NCBI GenBank assembly: GCA_050014495.1
Contig: JBEKDF010000024.1
Span: 1-45,940, forward strand
Reading direction: 5' to 3'
DNA from: Candidatus Bathyarchaeia archaeon
GTDB taxonomy: Archaea > Thermoproteota > Bathyarchaeia > TCS64
DNA: 45,940 nt
Shown: positions 1-9,565 of the stretch, in pieces
How the letters are laid out: each line of letters starts with the position of its first letter
How positions within the stretch are numbered: position 1 is the first letter of the stretch
Notes under the pieces: generated by a model
Told to the model about the DNA's origin: nothing
What the model saw: only the letters and a program-made list of their open reading frames with translations
Database searches by the model: none
Position numbers and translations under genes: made by a program

Positions 1-1
1 A

Positions 2-370
2 ACCACCGGCGTTAACCGCGACACGCTTATCACGATCGGCTGGCTTGACCTCAAAAAAGGGCCGCTGGTCCTTCACGTCCCGGAGATGAACGGCCGCTAC
101 TACGGTGTGCAGTTTAACAACCCTTCTAACAACACAGTCTTCGCCTACGTCGGCAGGCGCACCACGGGAACCCAAGCCGGCGACTACCTCATCACGGGGC
201 CGAACCGGAAAATACAGGCGCCCAGCGGCATGAAGCAGATATCCTCGCCGAACAACTCGGTGCTGGTAGTCGGCCGAGTCCTCGTGGATAGCGACAGCGA
301 CCTGCCAACCGCCCATCACCTCACCGAGCAGATTCAGCTCACTCCACTGGATGAGGAGGGATCGTTATGA
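2..370 (+). CDS. DUF1254-family protein, 5' part off window
   Basis: Open frame from window edge; NRDTL..GWLDL..GPLVLHVPEMNGRYY motif; paired with the downstream DUF1214-like gene. Confidence 0.75.
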   Translation, partial: TTGVNRDTLITIGWLDLKKGPLVLHVPEMNGRYYGVQFNNPSNNTVFAYVGRRTTGTQAGDYLITGPNRKIQAPSGMKQISSPNNSVLVVGRVLVDSDSDLPTAHHLTEQIQLTPLDEEGSL

Positions 371-1041
371 GCGCAAGAACCTACAGCTATCTGACAGTAC
401 TCATCGGCGTGGTAATAGGCTTCTTCTTCATCAACTCGTTCATCTTCAACCCCAGTTCAAGGAATGTGCGTAACGACGTGATACAGGGCTTCCTCATCGG
501 CTTCGGGCTCGCGTACATCACGCTCCAGATTCTGGGGAGGATCAAGGCCACGAAGGTAAACGGCTGGAAAACCATGTTCAGGTGCGGCGAGCAAGGCATT
601 GGCTTTTTGTCCAGGGCCGCGTGCGCTCAGGTGTTTCCTGGTCCGATAAACTCGCCGCAGGAGGCGATGTACTGGACGACGGATTTAGATGGCGCGGGTC
701 ACCCGCTGTCCGGTGAGCGTGACTACGTGATGCACTTCCCGGCGGGGCAGCTCCCACCGAACGATGCGTTCTGGTCGCTGACAATGGGGGATGATCACAA
801 TCACTTTATGCTGAACCCAATCAATCGGTATAGCGTGAGTGACCGGTCGGGGCTCGTGCCGAACGCCGACGGTTCTGTCGACATATATTTACAGAACGTA
901 GCTCCGGCAGGCCATGAATCCAACTGGTTGCCCGCACCTGCGGGCAAATTCATACTTTGGCTGCGTGTGTACCAGCCTGGCCCAGCCATCCTGAGCGGTG
1001 AGTATCGCGTCCCGCCTGTTATGGAGACGCGGGCGCAGTAA
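367..1041 (+). CDS. DUF1214-family membrane-anchored protein
   Basis: EAMYW, GQLPPNDAFWSLTM, NADGSVDIY, NWLPAP..F.LWLRVY motifs; two N-terminal TM segments. Confidence 0.8.
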   Translation: MSARTYSYLTVLIGVVIGFFFINSFIFNPSSRNVRNDVIQGFLIGFGLAYITLQILGRIKATKVNGWKTMFRCGEQGIGFLSRAACAQVFPGPINSPQEAMYWTTDLDGAGHPLSGERDYVMHFPAGQLPPNDAFWSLTMGDDHNHFMLNPINRYSVSDRSGLVPNADGSVDIYLQNVAPAGHESNWLPAPAGKFILWLRVYQPGPAILSGEYRVPPVMETRAQ

Positions 1042-1105
1042 GATTTCCGAGTTTTCTCGCTAGCTTTCTATGTTGATCGTGTCTAACGAATTCTGCGGTG
1101 CATGT

Positions 1106-1357
1106 TCAGGTTTTTTGAGCCTCTTTGCCATCTTCAACGACTTTGATGGGCGAGAAGCCCCCAGCGCTGATTTCCACATGATGCTTTTCGGAAGTTCCCA
1201 CGTCGAACTTGAATTCCTTCGGCACTGGTGAATAATGGTACTCATCGACCATCGTTTTCCCGTCTATTTCGAGGGTTATACGTTTCCAAAATAGGCTCGC
1301 ATCAACTATTATAAGGTGTTTTTCGGTCTCACCTATTTCGAACGTCTCTTTCGTCAT
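1106..1357 (-). CDS. hypothetical protein (internally duplicated beta-rich unit)
   Basis: 83-aa ORF; FEIGETEKH / FDVGTSEKH repeat; GGCGA RBS-like site. Confidence 0.6.
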   Translation of the reverse strand: MTKETFEIGETEKHLIIVDASLFWKRITLEIDGKTMVDEYHYSPVPKEFKFDVGTSEKHHVEISAGGFSPIKVVEDGKEAQKT

Positions 1358-1699
1358 TTATTTTTCGCCACTTATTGGTGCAATAGATCGATTTTGCACC
1401 AGAGTTTATAAATATTAAATTTAACTGCGCGTGCATATCTATACACATCTTTCACATACTTTAAGAAATATTTAGTTTTTTCTTTCAAAGAATAAAAATC
1501 TAGCGCGCGCGCCAGCTATTCTGATTTCGTTTTCTTCATCTTTCATTTATTTCTAACATAATCTCTTCTTCACATATACTCTCCTACTCTCTCTAGGACG
1601 ACAGGGAAACAACCAGACAGACAGATAACGTATAGAGAAACAAACCGATAGACAAACGAACTTGGAAACAACCAGATCAAATATTCACATTTTATTTAA

Positions 1700-2350
1700 T
1701 TATCTCAATTTATTACCAACAACATCTTTTTCATAATATTTAATTACTGAAATAGGTACATTGAGATATGGAAGTTGCAAAATATCTTTTAATGTATTTT
1801 CATAATCTTCTTTATTTGATAGATTGTTATATTTTTTAATAATTTGTATAATTAAACTAGCTAATTCATATTCAATCTTATTTTTATAACTTCTTCTAAA
1901 ACTCTCTAAAAATCGCTCTAAATGATTATCTTTAGTCATTTTATAAAAATCCCATGCTTGTAAATATAAAAATGATTTATGGAGTTCTTTACATTTTTGT
2001 CCTTTTGGATCCCAATAGGTATCATTAATATTACCTCTTTTAAATAAATCTCTTGTCCATTTAATTTTCTCATCTAAATATCTTTTATCAAAAAGTATTT
2101 CTTTATAAATGTTAAATATTTTTCTATGAACTACAATATCTTCCATATCTCTAATTAGTTGGCATAAGGGATCTGTACAAAGTATAAGAGGTATATTATC
2201 TATAAACATAAGATAACCATGTGTCAATTCGTGAGCAAAATCAATTTCTAACCAGTTTTCCATAAATTGAATGATGTACTCTTCTGAGTTAGATTTATAT
2301 AAATTATAAGCACGAGCGCGTGAGAACAAAGGTAGTTTTTCAAATCTCAC
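1700..2350 (-). CDS. hypothetical protein, very AT-rich
   Basis: 216-aa ORF in AT-rich DNA, where long random ORFs are unlikely. Confidence 0.65.
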   Translation of the reverse strand: MRFEKLPLFSRARAYNLYKSNSEEYIIQFMENWLEIDFAHELTHGYLMFIDNIPLILCTDPLCQLIRDMEDIVVHRKIFNIYKEILFDKRYLDEKIKWTRDLFKRGNINDTYWDPKGQKCKELHKSFLYLQAWDFYKMTKDNHLERFLESFRRSYKNKIEYELASLIIQIIKKYNNLSNKEDYENTLKDILQLPYLNVPISVIKYYEKDVVGNKLR

Positions 2351-2528
2351 AATTAAATTAGTTACTTTTTTGAAATTTGTATAATCTATAAGTAATAGAT
2401 CATTTTTAATTTTTGATAATATTTCTTAAAAAATTCACAATTGCGCGCGCTATCAGGCAAACGGACAGATAGATAAAAATGAAAAATTACATATGGAATA
2501 TCCATAGTTATTAGAATAAGGGGATTGT

Positions 2529-3338
2529 TTGGAAGCGGAAATCAGATGGGCTCCTATTTGGACGGATGAGAAAATTATCAAAACAGTATTAACTCAAACA
2601 GATGGAATATTTAAAAAGTTAAAAAAAGGAAGTTCTCTTAAACTCGCTTTTCCTTATTTTGAGTATGGATATCAACCTATTGAAAATCAAGAATTGGATT
2701 TCCAAAGAGAAGTCGATTTAGCTGAACATTTAGAGTTAAAATCAAATTTGGAAATTTTAGAAGAAATAGGAAGATTGGTCTCATTCAAGCCATTCATTAC
2801 CCAGTTAGAGGTAGATCTTATTGCACTTTTGGATCTCCCTGAGTTCTTCCGTTTTATTTTAGATTACTTATTAGATATTCCAGAAATTCCAATAAAACAA
2901 AAAGATGAGATTAAAGCACTTACATCTTTACCGAGAGAAATTCTGCAAGATAAAATTATAAAAAGTGGAAATAGAGAAAAACCGTTTCCATTTGCACTTG
3001 CTGATAAATATGTACTACCGATCCTTCCAATCTACCCTGATTTACCCCTAATCATACAAAATCTTGCAGTAAATGAGAAAAAAATAATTACAAACTACTT
3101 TAAAGGGGAAAAGTATTTTGTTTACTTTCAACAAATTGATGAAAAACCATTCCAAGAATTGCCTGTTTATTTTCCTATTACGGCAAAAGATAGTCTTCCA
3201 AATACGGGTGAGTTTAAAGGTCGAGTTATAAGCATAGTTTCCTATAACACAAATTTTCCTCTCGGCCAAAAGAAAGGAAATCCATTTTTCCTGAGAGCTG
3301 TTTCACTCTTCCTTTCCTATGAATTTAAAAAAAAGTAG
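2529..3338 (+). CDS. hypothetical protein, AT-rich
   Basis: 269-aa ORF with GGGGA RBS-like site. Confidence 0.7.
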   Translation: MEAEIRWAPIWTDEKIIKTVLTQTDGIFKKLKKGSSLKLAFPYFEYGYQPIENQELDFQREVDLAEHLELKSNLEILEEIGRLVSFKPFITQLEVDLIALLDLPEFFRFILDYLLDIPEIPIKQKDEIKALTSLPREILQDKIIKSGNREKPFPFALADKYVLPILPIYPDLPLIIQNLAVNEKKIITNYFKGEKYFVYFQQIDEKPFQELPVYFPITAKDSLPNTGEFKGRVISIVSYNTNFPLGQKKGNPFFLRAVSLFLSYEFKKK

Positions 3339-3367
3339 TGCAAACTAACTCACACGCAAACTAATTT

Positions 3368-3712
3368 TTACAGATATTCCATATTTTTTTTGATCTGTTT
3401 CCTTTCACGAAGAAAATTTTTAACTTGTCCGTCTTGTTTACCCCAGTGATAAATCACTCTGGGACTAGGCTCCACTCCCTTCGGCCCAATTCTCAAAGTT
3501 GAGGACTCCTTGATCCCCTGCATCAAAGCGTACCTGATCAAGGCTTTGATCTGAGACATCATAGCCACCCAACACATAATGTGCAGATTCCGATCCCAAC
3601 TCACAGCCCTGTTGAAGACTACATGATAGGAACCCTTACTCGATCTCAGAATAATCCCACCTTCAAGCTTGAACCACATACAAGCCCTCATAGACCAGTA
3701 GACAACTAGCCG
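3368..3712 (-). pseudogene. 5'-truncated AEP primase-like protein
   Basis: SSKGSYHVVF (AEP motif II-like) and STLRI; frame open upstream of Met3691 to the CGCGCGCG at 3711; no DxD motif I. Confidence 0.45.
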
Positions 3713-3828
3713 CGCGCGCTACTTAGATGCGACGACCCCCGTGTCTATGATGGTTCTCTTAGACCACGTATCATCGTATACGGTATCAGAATCGGAGTAC
3801 GTGAGAGGATACCCTTGCGTGCGCATTT

Positions 3829-4191
3829 CTACTGAGGTGGCACAGGGACCTGAGGCTGTGGCGCAGGAGTCTCTTCTCTGAAACGAAGCTTGACTCCCCC
3901 GATTCTCGGGGCGAGAAAGTTGTATAATATCGCTCCAATGCCACCCTCTATGAAGCCTCCGATAAATCCGACGATCGGCATAACGATAATTGCTCCAACA
4001 CCAAAGACGACGGCAAACCAACCGGGGTATGTGACTCCACTACTATTAGGGTAAGCAGACATTGTGGCTCCGAACATCAACGCGTAGAAGATTCCAATGA
4101 CGAGCCCTATTATTGCCCCCATTACACCCATCATCAATGCTAACGGCATGGCTGGTATCGATTGTATTGTTTTCTCTTCCATATGGTTCAC
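3829..4191 (-). CDS. two-TM membrane protein (DUF3566-like)
   Basis: Two Gly-rich TM helices ending LYNFLAPRIGGVKL. Confidence 0.65.
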   Translation of the reverse strand: MNHMEEKTIQSIPAMPLALMMGVMGAIIGLVIGIFYALMFGATMSAYPNSSGVTYPGWFAVVFGVGAIIVMPIVGFIGGFIEGGIGAILYNFLAPRIGGVKLRFREETPAPQPQVPVPPQ

Positions 4192-4367
4192 ACTTAATCA
4201 CATTTGACAGTGTAAGTTGCTTAAAGTATTTCTTACAAACGCACTAAATAGCCTGAGATGCGTGCGCATATGTTTGTCTCTAGAGAGAGTGGTGGGGGTA
4301 AGAGAGTAAGAAGGTAACGGAGTGTAGTTAGTGTTAGTTAGTTGTGATCGTAAGTGCGCGCGCGCAC

Positions 4368-4450
4368 CCAGTCCCTAAGCTCGAAGTCCATAACATGAAT
4401 ATGAAAGCCACTCTTCCTGCTGAATACGATCCTGATGTCTTCGTAGAGCG
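4368..4450 (-). pseudogene. short primase (AEP/PriS-like) fragment
   Basis: Minus-strand translation ALYEDIRIVFSRKSGFHIHVMDFELRDW, between two GCGCGC motifs. Confidence 0.45.
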
Positions 4451-4546
4451 CGCAGATGGTAAGCGTGCACGACAAATCATCACCCAACTTGTACACATCT
4501 AATGAGCAACAATCTTAATAAAATGTGTTACATTCTATAAGTCGAG

Positions 4547-4771
4547 GTGTACTACACGTCGTCTACATTAACGATTCGGGTACCAGGTGAACTCAAGGAG
4601 AAGATGAAGAACACCAAAATCGAGTGGAGCGAGGAGATAAGGCAATTCATCGAGACGAGGATAAACAGCATCGAACTATCAGAGGCAGTAGACGAGGTCG
4701 CCAAGAGAGCCGAGAAGAGAACGACCAAGATAGACTCAACCAAGCTAATACGGGAGGACAGGGAACGTTGA
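4547..4771 (+). CDS. vapB: VapB-type RHH antitoxin
   Basis: TLTIRVPGELKEKM..IEWSEEIR..DSTKLIREDRER; stop overlaps toxin start (TTGA). Confidence 0.85.
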   Translation: MYYTSSTLTIRVPGELKEKMKNTKIEWSEEIRQFIETRINSIELSEAVDEVAKRAEKRTTKIDSTKLIREDRER

Positions 4772-5196
4772 GCCTCCTCCTAGACACCAGCATAGTCGTG
4801 AAACTCGTCATCGAAGAACCAGACTCACAGAGGGCACGAACAAGAGTAAAAGAGGCCCTAAAACAAGGCAACACACTCCTCTCCGTCGACGAGGCCCTAC
4901 CCGAGGCCCTGAACACACTCTGGAAGCACGCCAAGATCCACCGAGACCTCCCCGCGGAGGAGGCGATGAGGGCAGCCGATGACCTGCTTCTCCTCTGGGA
5001 TAAAATAATGATCATTCCAAGCCGCGAGATCGCTATAGATGCCCTCAGGATCGCAATCGAACTCGAGTTATCAATCTACGACTCACTCTTCCTAGCAGCG
5101 TCAAGGAAGACGACGTCAACACTTTACACAGCCAACACAAGACTACATGAGGCATCGAAGGATACCTTTGACTCCGAGCTCCTCAGGGAGACCTGA
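4768..5196 (+). CDS. vapC: VapC PIN-domain toxin
   Basis: TTG start; LLDTS..E..YDSLFLA..LYTAN PIN pattern. Confidence 0.88.
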   Translation: MSLLLDTSIVVKLVIEEPDSQRARTRVKEALKQGNTLLSVDEALPEALNTLWKHAKIHRDLPAEEAMRAADDLLLLWDKIMIIPSREIAIDALRIAIELELSIYDSLFLAASRKTTSTLYTANTRLHEASKDTFDSELLRET

Positions 5197-5331
5197 CCGT
5201 GCTGTGGTCGAAGGGTAATCATCATAGTGAGCAATAATCCAAGTATTGCTCAATATGCGCGCGCATTCAGGGGTTAACTTTGTCAGCATGGATAGAATCC
5301 AAGTAGCATCCAGCGTGAAGCAATGACCAGA

Positions 5332-5884
5332 TTAGGAGTCCCCTATATTGAGGCTCTCCCTTGTTGTAATGAAAATCGGTTTAATCCCCTTACGCTCCTC
5401 AATCTCCAAAAACTTCTTCCCAAGATACTCAAACCCGATGAAAATCGTAGGAGAATTAAACTTCTTCCTCATCTGCATCACCCAGGGCTCAAACTTAACC
5501 CAGAGAGGCGTAGCCCAGAAATGGAACTGACTATAGGCCCATTCTGGATCCAGCAGACCCTTCTCCAGAAGCCATCCCACATTCTCAAACTTGCCAAATA
5601 CTGAGAATCTCATAAACGCGCTTTCCGGGTTTTCTCCAGTTGATCCCCATTTCCTCTCGAAGTCCTCCCAGTCCGTCCAAAAAATACTCTGTGTCTCAAG
5701 TAGACTTCTCGTGGACTAAGCTAGTGAGGCCGTCACTTATCTGATTCATGAACTGCGCCTGTCTTGTTTCGAGGTTCGCCTTGAGGTTTCTCTGGTTTAT
5801 CCTCAGGGTAAATATGTAGTAAATCGCCGCTACCGTCACGCTTGCCGCCGTCACCAATACTCCGATCGTCTGCGCATCAACCAT
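5332..5884 (-). pseudogene. 'MVD' paralog (DUF4760-like), frameshifted
   Basis: N-part 5696-5884 and C-part 5332-5613 in different frames (shift near 5715); both match intact paralogs. Confidence 0.7.
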
Positions 5885-5902
5885 AGAATCACTGGAGAAG
5901 AA

Positions 5903-5930
5903 TCAGGTGGAAGTGAGGATAAGGCTATTG
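5903..5930 (+). repeat. 28-bp cassette repeat copy 1
   Basis: TCAGGTGGAAGTGAGGATAAGGCTATTG. Confidence 0.95.
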
Positions 5931-5936
5931 AATCAG

Positions 5937-6503
5937 TCACTCGAAGCTGTGAGCACTACCGACGTTGGGAACGATCCGGAGCTCCGGATTCTCCCCACCA
6001 AACTCAATGATCCGATCATTCAGATACTCAAACTCGATACACCACCTAGGAAACCCCAACCTCTCCCTTCCCTCTAGGATGTAGGGACCATACTTCTCCC
6101 ACCAACCAGTAACAAGACCCGAGATCAACAGAGAGACGAGGCGAACATCGATCAGGTTCTCCCGAACCAGGACACCTATCCCCTCATAGAATAGGACGAC
6201 GCCCGTGAAGTCTTCATACGTCTCCGGATCCTTAAGGACTCTGTCGAAGAAGTCGTCCCAATTCTTTACCTCAACGTCCATCTTCATTGCGATGTGCAGG
6301 AAGTCCCTGGAGATCGATGTCTGGTATACCCCCATGAATAGTTGGGCTTGTCGCGTCTGAAGTGTCTGATCCTGTGATTTCAGTGCAAGCTCCTGTGTTC
6401 TCCTCGTGGCCCTCATGTTGAGGACGTAGTAGGCCGCCGCCACTAACACCCCCGTGGCGGCCACCATGTAGTATATTGTCTGAATCTCTACCAGGTCTAC
6501 CAA
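5937..6503 (-). CDS. 'MVD' paralog, N-terminal TM plus helical domain (DUF4760-like)
   Basis: AAxYY..TRQAQLFM..FYEGIGVLV..WEKY..FEYL. Confidence 0.75.
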   Translation of the reverse strand: MVDLVEIQTIYYMVAATGVLVAAAYYVLNMRATRRTQELALKSQDQTLQTRQAQLFMGVYQTSISRDFLHIAMKMDVEVKNWDDFFDRVLKDPETYEDFTGVVLFYEGIGVLVRENLIDVRLVSLLISGLVTGWWEKYGPYILEGRERLGFPRWCIEFEYLNDRIIEFGGENPELRIVPNVGSAHSFE

Positions 6504-6522
6504 TACAAGTCACTGATTACAC

Positions 6523-6546
6523 TCAGGTGGAAGTGGGATAAGATTA
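6523..6546 (+). repeat. repeat copy 2
   Basis: TCAGGTGGAAGTGGGATAAGATTA. Confidence 0.9.
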
Positions 6547-7086
6547 CTGATCCATTCCAGCAGTCGGAATAAACGCATCCAGCTTCTTCATGAAGTCAGG
6601 ATCACTTTCGCTGAGCCTCCTCTGCAAAGCGTTAGCAAGATACTCCAAGTCTGAAAAAGCACCCTTAGGCCACTCCCATCCACGATACCCTTCAACTATC
6701 GGCTTAAACTTCGTCCAGCACATGACCGCCCCCATCGCCCAAATATCAGTGAACGTACTCAGGTCAACGACCCCGAATCGGTACAGCTGACCGAGGAAAT
6801 CATATGTGAGCAAGACGGAGTGCCTCCTGGCGTAGCTCTCCGGGTCAACGCTCGAGTCGTATTTCCTCTTGAAGTCGTCGAAGTCGCTCCACTGCATACT
6901 CATCACTTCCACGTGTTGGAGTTGCCAATCCTCTTTTCCTAGTGACTGCAACACATTCATTGAGAGGGTGACTCGTCTGTTCTTCATCGTCTCCCTCAGG
7001 TTAAATGCGTAGTAGAAGGCTGCTACGCATACCCCTATTGCTGCTGCCACGTAGGACAGAGACTGAAGTGTACTAACATCAACCAT
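6544..7086 (-). CDS. 'MVD' paralog (DUF4760-like)
   Basis: Same family motifs; TAA stop lies inside repeat copy 6523-6546. Confidence 0.75.
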   Translation of the reverse strand: MVDVSTLQSLSYVAAAIGVCVAAFYYAFNLRETMKNRRVTLSMNVLQSLGKEDWQLQHVEVMSMQWSDFDDFKRKYDSSVDPESYARRHSVLLTYDFLGQLYRFGVVDLSTFTDIWAMGAVMCWTKFKPIVEGYRGWEWPKGAFSDLEYLANALQRRLSESDPDFMKKLDAFIPTAGMDQ

Positions 7087-7106
7087 TAATCATCACTGGA
7101 GAAGAG

Positions 7107-7133
7107 CCAGGTGGAAGTTTGGATAAGGCTATG
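7107..7133 (+). repeat. repeat copy 3
   Basis: CCAGGTGGAAGTTTGGATAAGGCTATG. Confidence 0.9.
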
Positions 7134-7179
7134 GGGATAGGACACATGCGAGGAAAAACGACTTTGAAGACCCGGAATC

Positions 7180-7554
7180 TTATCGATTCAGAGCCTCTAC
7201 GGCTCCCTTCACCTCATCTGGAAACTCACTCATCAGCCTCCCCAGCAGAGTATCGACGATGAAATGTTTGAACCCCGCCTCATCCAAAGCGGCGGAGTAG
7301 ACCCAGTGGTAACCACCCTTCCCAGTCTCCTCTACCCCAGATAAGACACCGGCCACACGCATCGCCTCCAGGAAGTTGATGATGCTGGCTCGGGATATTG
7401 TCTCTCCTCCAAGAATCTGGTTTACCTTCTCCCACACGGTGAAGGTCTTCGCCCCCTCGGGGCTGCTCCACAGCACCTGCATGGCCTTCAGCTGCCACAC
7501 CCTGAGCACGGCTTCTAATCCGGTCTTCGAGGTGTCGTACACGATTCCGTCCAT
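7180..7554 (-). CDS. winged-helix transcriptional regulator (BlaI/CopY-like)
   Basis: ISRASIINFLEAM..GVL..EETGKGGYHWVY wHTH wing. Confidence 0.7.
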   Translation of the reverse strand: MDGIVYDTSKTGLEAVLRVWQLKAMQVLWSSPEGAKTFTVWEKVNQILGGETISRASIINFLEAMRVAGVLSGVEETGKGGYHWVYSAALDEAGFKHFIVDTLLGRLMSEFPDEVKGAVEALNR

Positions 7555-7594
7555 TCATTAGAGCCCAACCTACGCTTACTTTTAAGGATAGGTA

Positions 7595-7621
7595 TCAGGT
7601 GGAGCCGAGGATAAGGCTATG
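7595..7621 (+). repeat. repeat copy 4
   Basis: TCAGGTGGAGCCGAGGATAAGGCTATG. Confidence 0.9.
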
Positions 7622-7658
7622 GTCCCAAACCTAAACCAATTTTTTCGAGTATACATGG

Positions 7659-7874
7659 CTAGAGGTGTGCTTGCGTAGACGTATGTTTGAACGCGCGATT
7701 AAATACAATTAAGGTCCACGCCAGCACGCTGAGGAGCACTGTTCCTGTCACCGCCGCGATGATTGAAGAGTCATCTGATAGCTCATCTACGACCATGAAT
7801 AGAAAATAGATGTAGATAGAACCAATTGTCAGAGCGGCAAAGTATTTTCCCATCTGCTCGGTTGGGGGATTCAT
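7659..7874 (-). CDS. small two-TM membrane protein
   Basis: 71-aa hydrophobic ORF between repeat copies. Confidence 0.45.
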   Translation of the reverse strand: MNPPTEQMGKYFAALTIGSIYIYFLFMVVDELSDDSSIIAAVTGTVLLSVLAWTLIVFNRAFKHTSTQAHL

Positions 7875-8064
7875 CGGTTAATCGAGTAGTTCAAGGGTTT
7901 TAAATTTTAACATAATAAAGACACTGAACGTGGGCGAGCCAATTAGGTGAATCCCTCCCAACTCCTTGGCTGTTTAACCTTCGTGCGTGCGCGACCAGTC
8001 AGTTGAGATCGGCTCCTGCACGATGAATGACTCATATACAGAAATTCAAGTTCACGGTTGAGTA

Positions 8065-8082
8065 TCAGGTGGTAGCAAGGAT
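8065..8082 (+). repeat. repeat copy 5 (degenerate)
   Basis: TCAGGTGGTAGCAAGGAT, with conserved upstream GTTCAC..GAGTA. Confidence 0.7.
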
Positions 8083-8166
8083 GTGTTCGCATGCCACTAG
8101 AAACTTGAATTCTTTTTCAGTATAACAGTTTTATTTTCCATCCAATAAGCGTAATTTGGAACCAAT

Positions 8167-8703
8167 ATGCAAATGCCCATCAGGAAAGCGAATGTCAAGG
8201 ATGCTGAGGGTATAGCGAAGGTTCACATTGACTCATGGCGGACCGCGTATCAAGGAATCTATTCTGAAGAATGTCTCTCGAACTTGTCTTATGACGAATG
8301 TCAAAATATATGGGCGACGATTTATCTCGCTCCGACAAGCCAAGATGCCGTGTTCGTTGCTGAGGATGATTCCAAGAACATTGTGGGGTTTGCGATCTGT
8401 GGGAAAGATAGAGATAATGACCCAATATACGAAGGGGAACTTATTGGGATATACATTCTTGAGAAGATGCAACGGCAAGGCATTGGGAGACGGTTAGTGA
8501 ATGCTTCTACTCAATATTTGAGGAGTCGTGGTTTCAACTCGATGATGGTCTGGGTATTGGCGGTAAATCCATCTAGACACTTTTACGAAAAATTGGGAGG
8601 GGAGCATGTCCAAACAAGGGATATCACGACTGGCGGTAGGAATTTCAAAGAATGGGGATACGGATGGAAGAGCTTGGGTTCGTTATTTTTTCTTACTAAA
8701 TAA
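8167..8703 (+). CDS. GNAT N-acetyltransferase
   Basis: IAKVHIDSWRTAY; QRQGIGRRL acetyl-CoA motif; FYEKLGG. Confidence 0.9.
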   Translation: MQMPIRKANVKDAEGIAKVHIDSWRTAYQGIYSEECLSNLSYDECQNIWATIYLAPTSQDAVFVAEDDSKNIVGFAICGKDRDNDPIYEGELIGIYILEKMQRQGIGRRLVNASTQYLRSRGFNSMMVWVLAVNPSRHFYEKLGGEHVQTRDITTGGRNFKEWGYGWKSLGSLFFLTK

Positions 8704-8768
8704 CCTACGCGTTCGCTAACTTAATCGATGTGTATCAGATGTAAATAGCTAATAATTACTTCGGTTAT

Positions 8769-8790
8769 TCAGGTGGAAGTGAGGATAAGA
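8769..8790 (+). repeat. repeat copy 6
   Basis: TCAGGTGGAAGTGAGGATAAGA. Confidence 0.92.
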
Positions 8791-8845
8791 TTTGGGATAG
8801 TTTTTAATGATAGTTTAGAATATTCCGATTCAGGGGTGGTAGTAT

Positions 8846-9433
8846 TTGAGCATATTTAGCAGGTTTACGCACCCGAGAGGCGATCTTAACCTGAAGTTCG
8901 ACAAAGAATCATATGACTACAACGAGGAGCTAACAGGCAAACTGATCATAAACCCCAAAGAGGATTTCCAAGCTGAGTCACTATGTCTTGAAATGACACC
9001 TGTCGAGAAAATCCGCACACAACACTATGAGTCATCAAACGATATGAATATGGTTATGCGCGCCTTAAACAGCCAAATACACATAACCAGAGACGCGACC
9101 TTCGAGCAGCCCTTCAGAACCCAGATCCCCTTTAAATCAAGAAGCTACCCGTTCACCCAGGTCGAGCTGAGGGTCAGGGGAGTTGTATGGGTCAAGGAGC
9201 GCCACAGTTTGACCTGTGAACTTGTCCCCAAGGTCAACTACCCGTACATGGTTGAGTGTAGACGGGAATTCGGTGGTTGTGGTTGGGTCTCTGAGCCATC
9301 TCTATCCTTGATCTCTGAGTGTCCGAGGTGTGGCCTGAGCCTGCAGAGGATTTGGGACGCTAAGGAGAAGGCTTTGGAAGAGCAAGCGCGTTCAGAAGCC
9401 CGTTCTCATAAACCTATGATGCGTCGCCGCTAG
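8846..9433 (+). CDS. hypothetical protein, arrestin/SpoOM-like Ig fold plus Zn ribbon
   Basis: Beta-sandwich pattern; C..GGCG and CPRCG. Confidence 0.55.
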   Translation: MSIFSRFTHPRGDLNLKFDKESYDYNEELTGKLIINPKEDFQAESLCLEMTPVEKIRTQHYESSNDMNMVMRALNSQIHITRDATFEQPFRTQIPFKSRSYPFTQVELRVRGVVWVKERHSLTCELVPKVNYPYMVECRREFGGCGWVSEPSLSLISECPRCGLSLQRIWDAKEKALEEQARSEARSHKPMMRRR

Positions 9434-9473
9434 TCACTATAATAGTCAACTCCCGGTTAAGCTTACGTAAGTT

Positions 9474-9498
9474 GATGGAAGAGAGTATAAGACTATTG
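9474..9498 (+). repeat. repeat copy 7 (degenerate)
   Basis: GATGGAAGAGAGTATAAGACTATTG. Confidence 0.75.
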
Positions 9499-9565
9499 AA
9501 TTCTCAATTTAGTACATGGAAATGCTTAAAGTTAAAATCTTATCTGGATATTAACGTAAGAAAGG

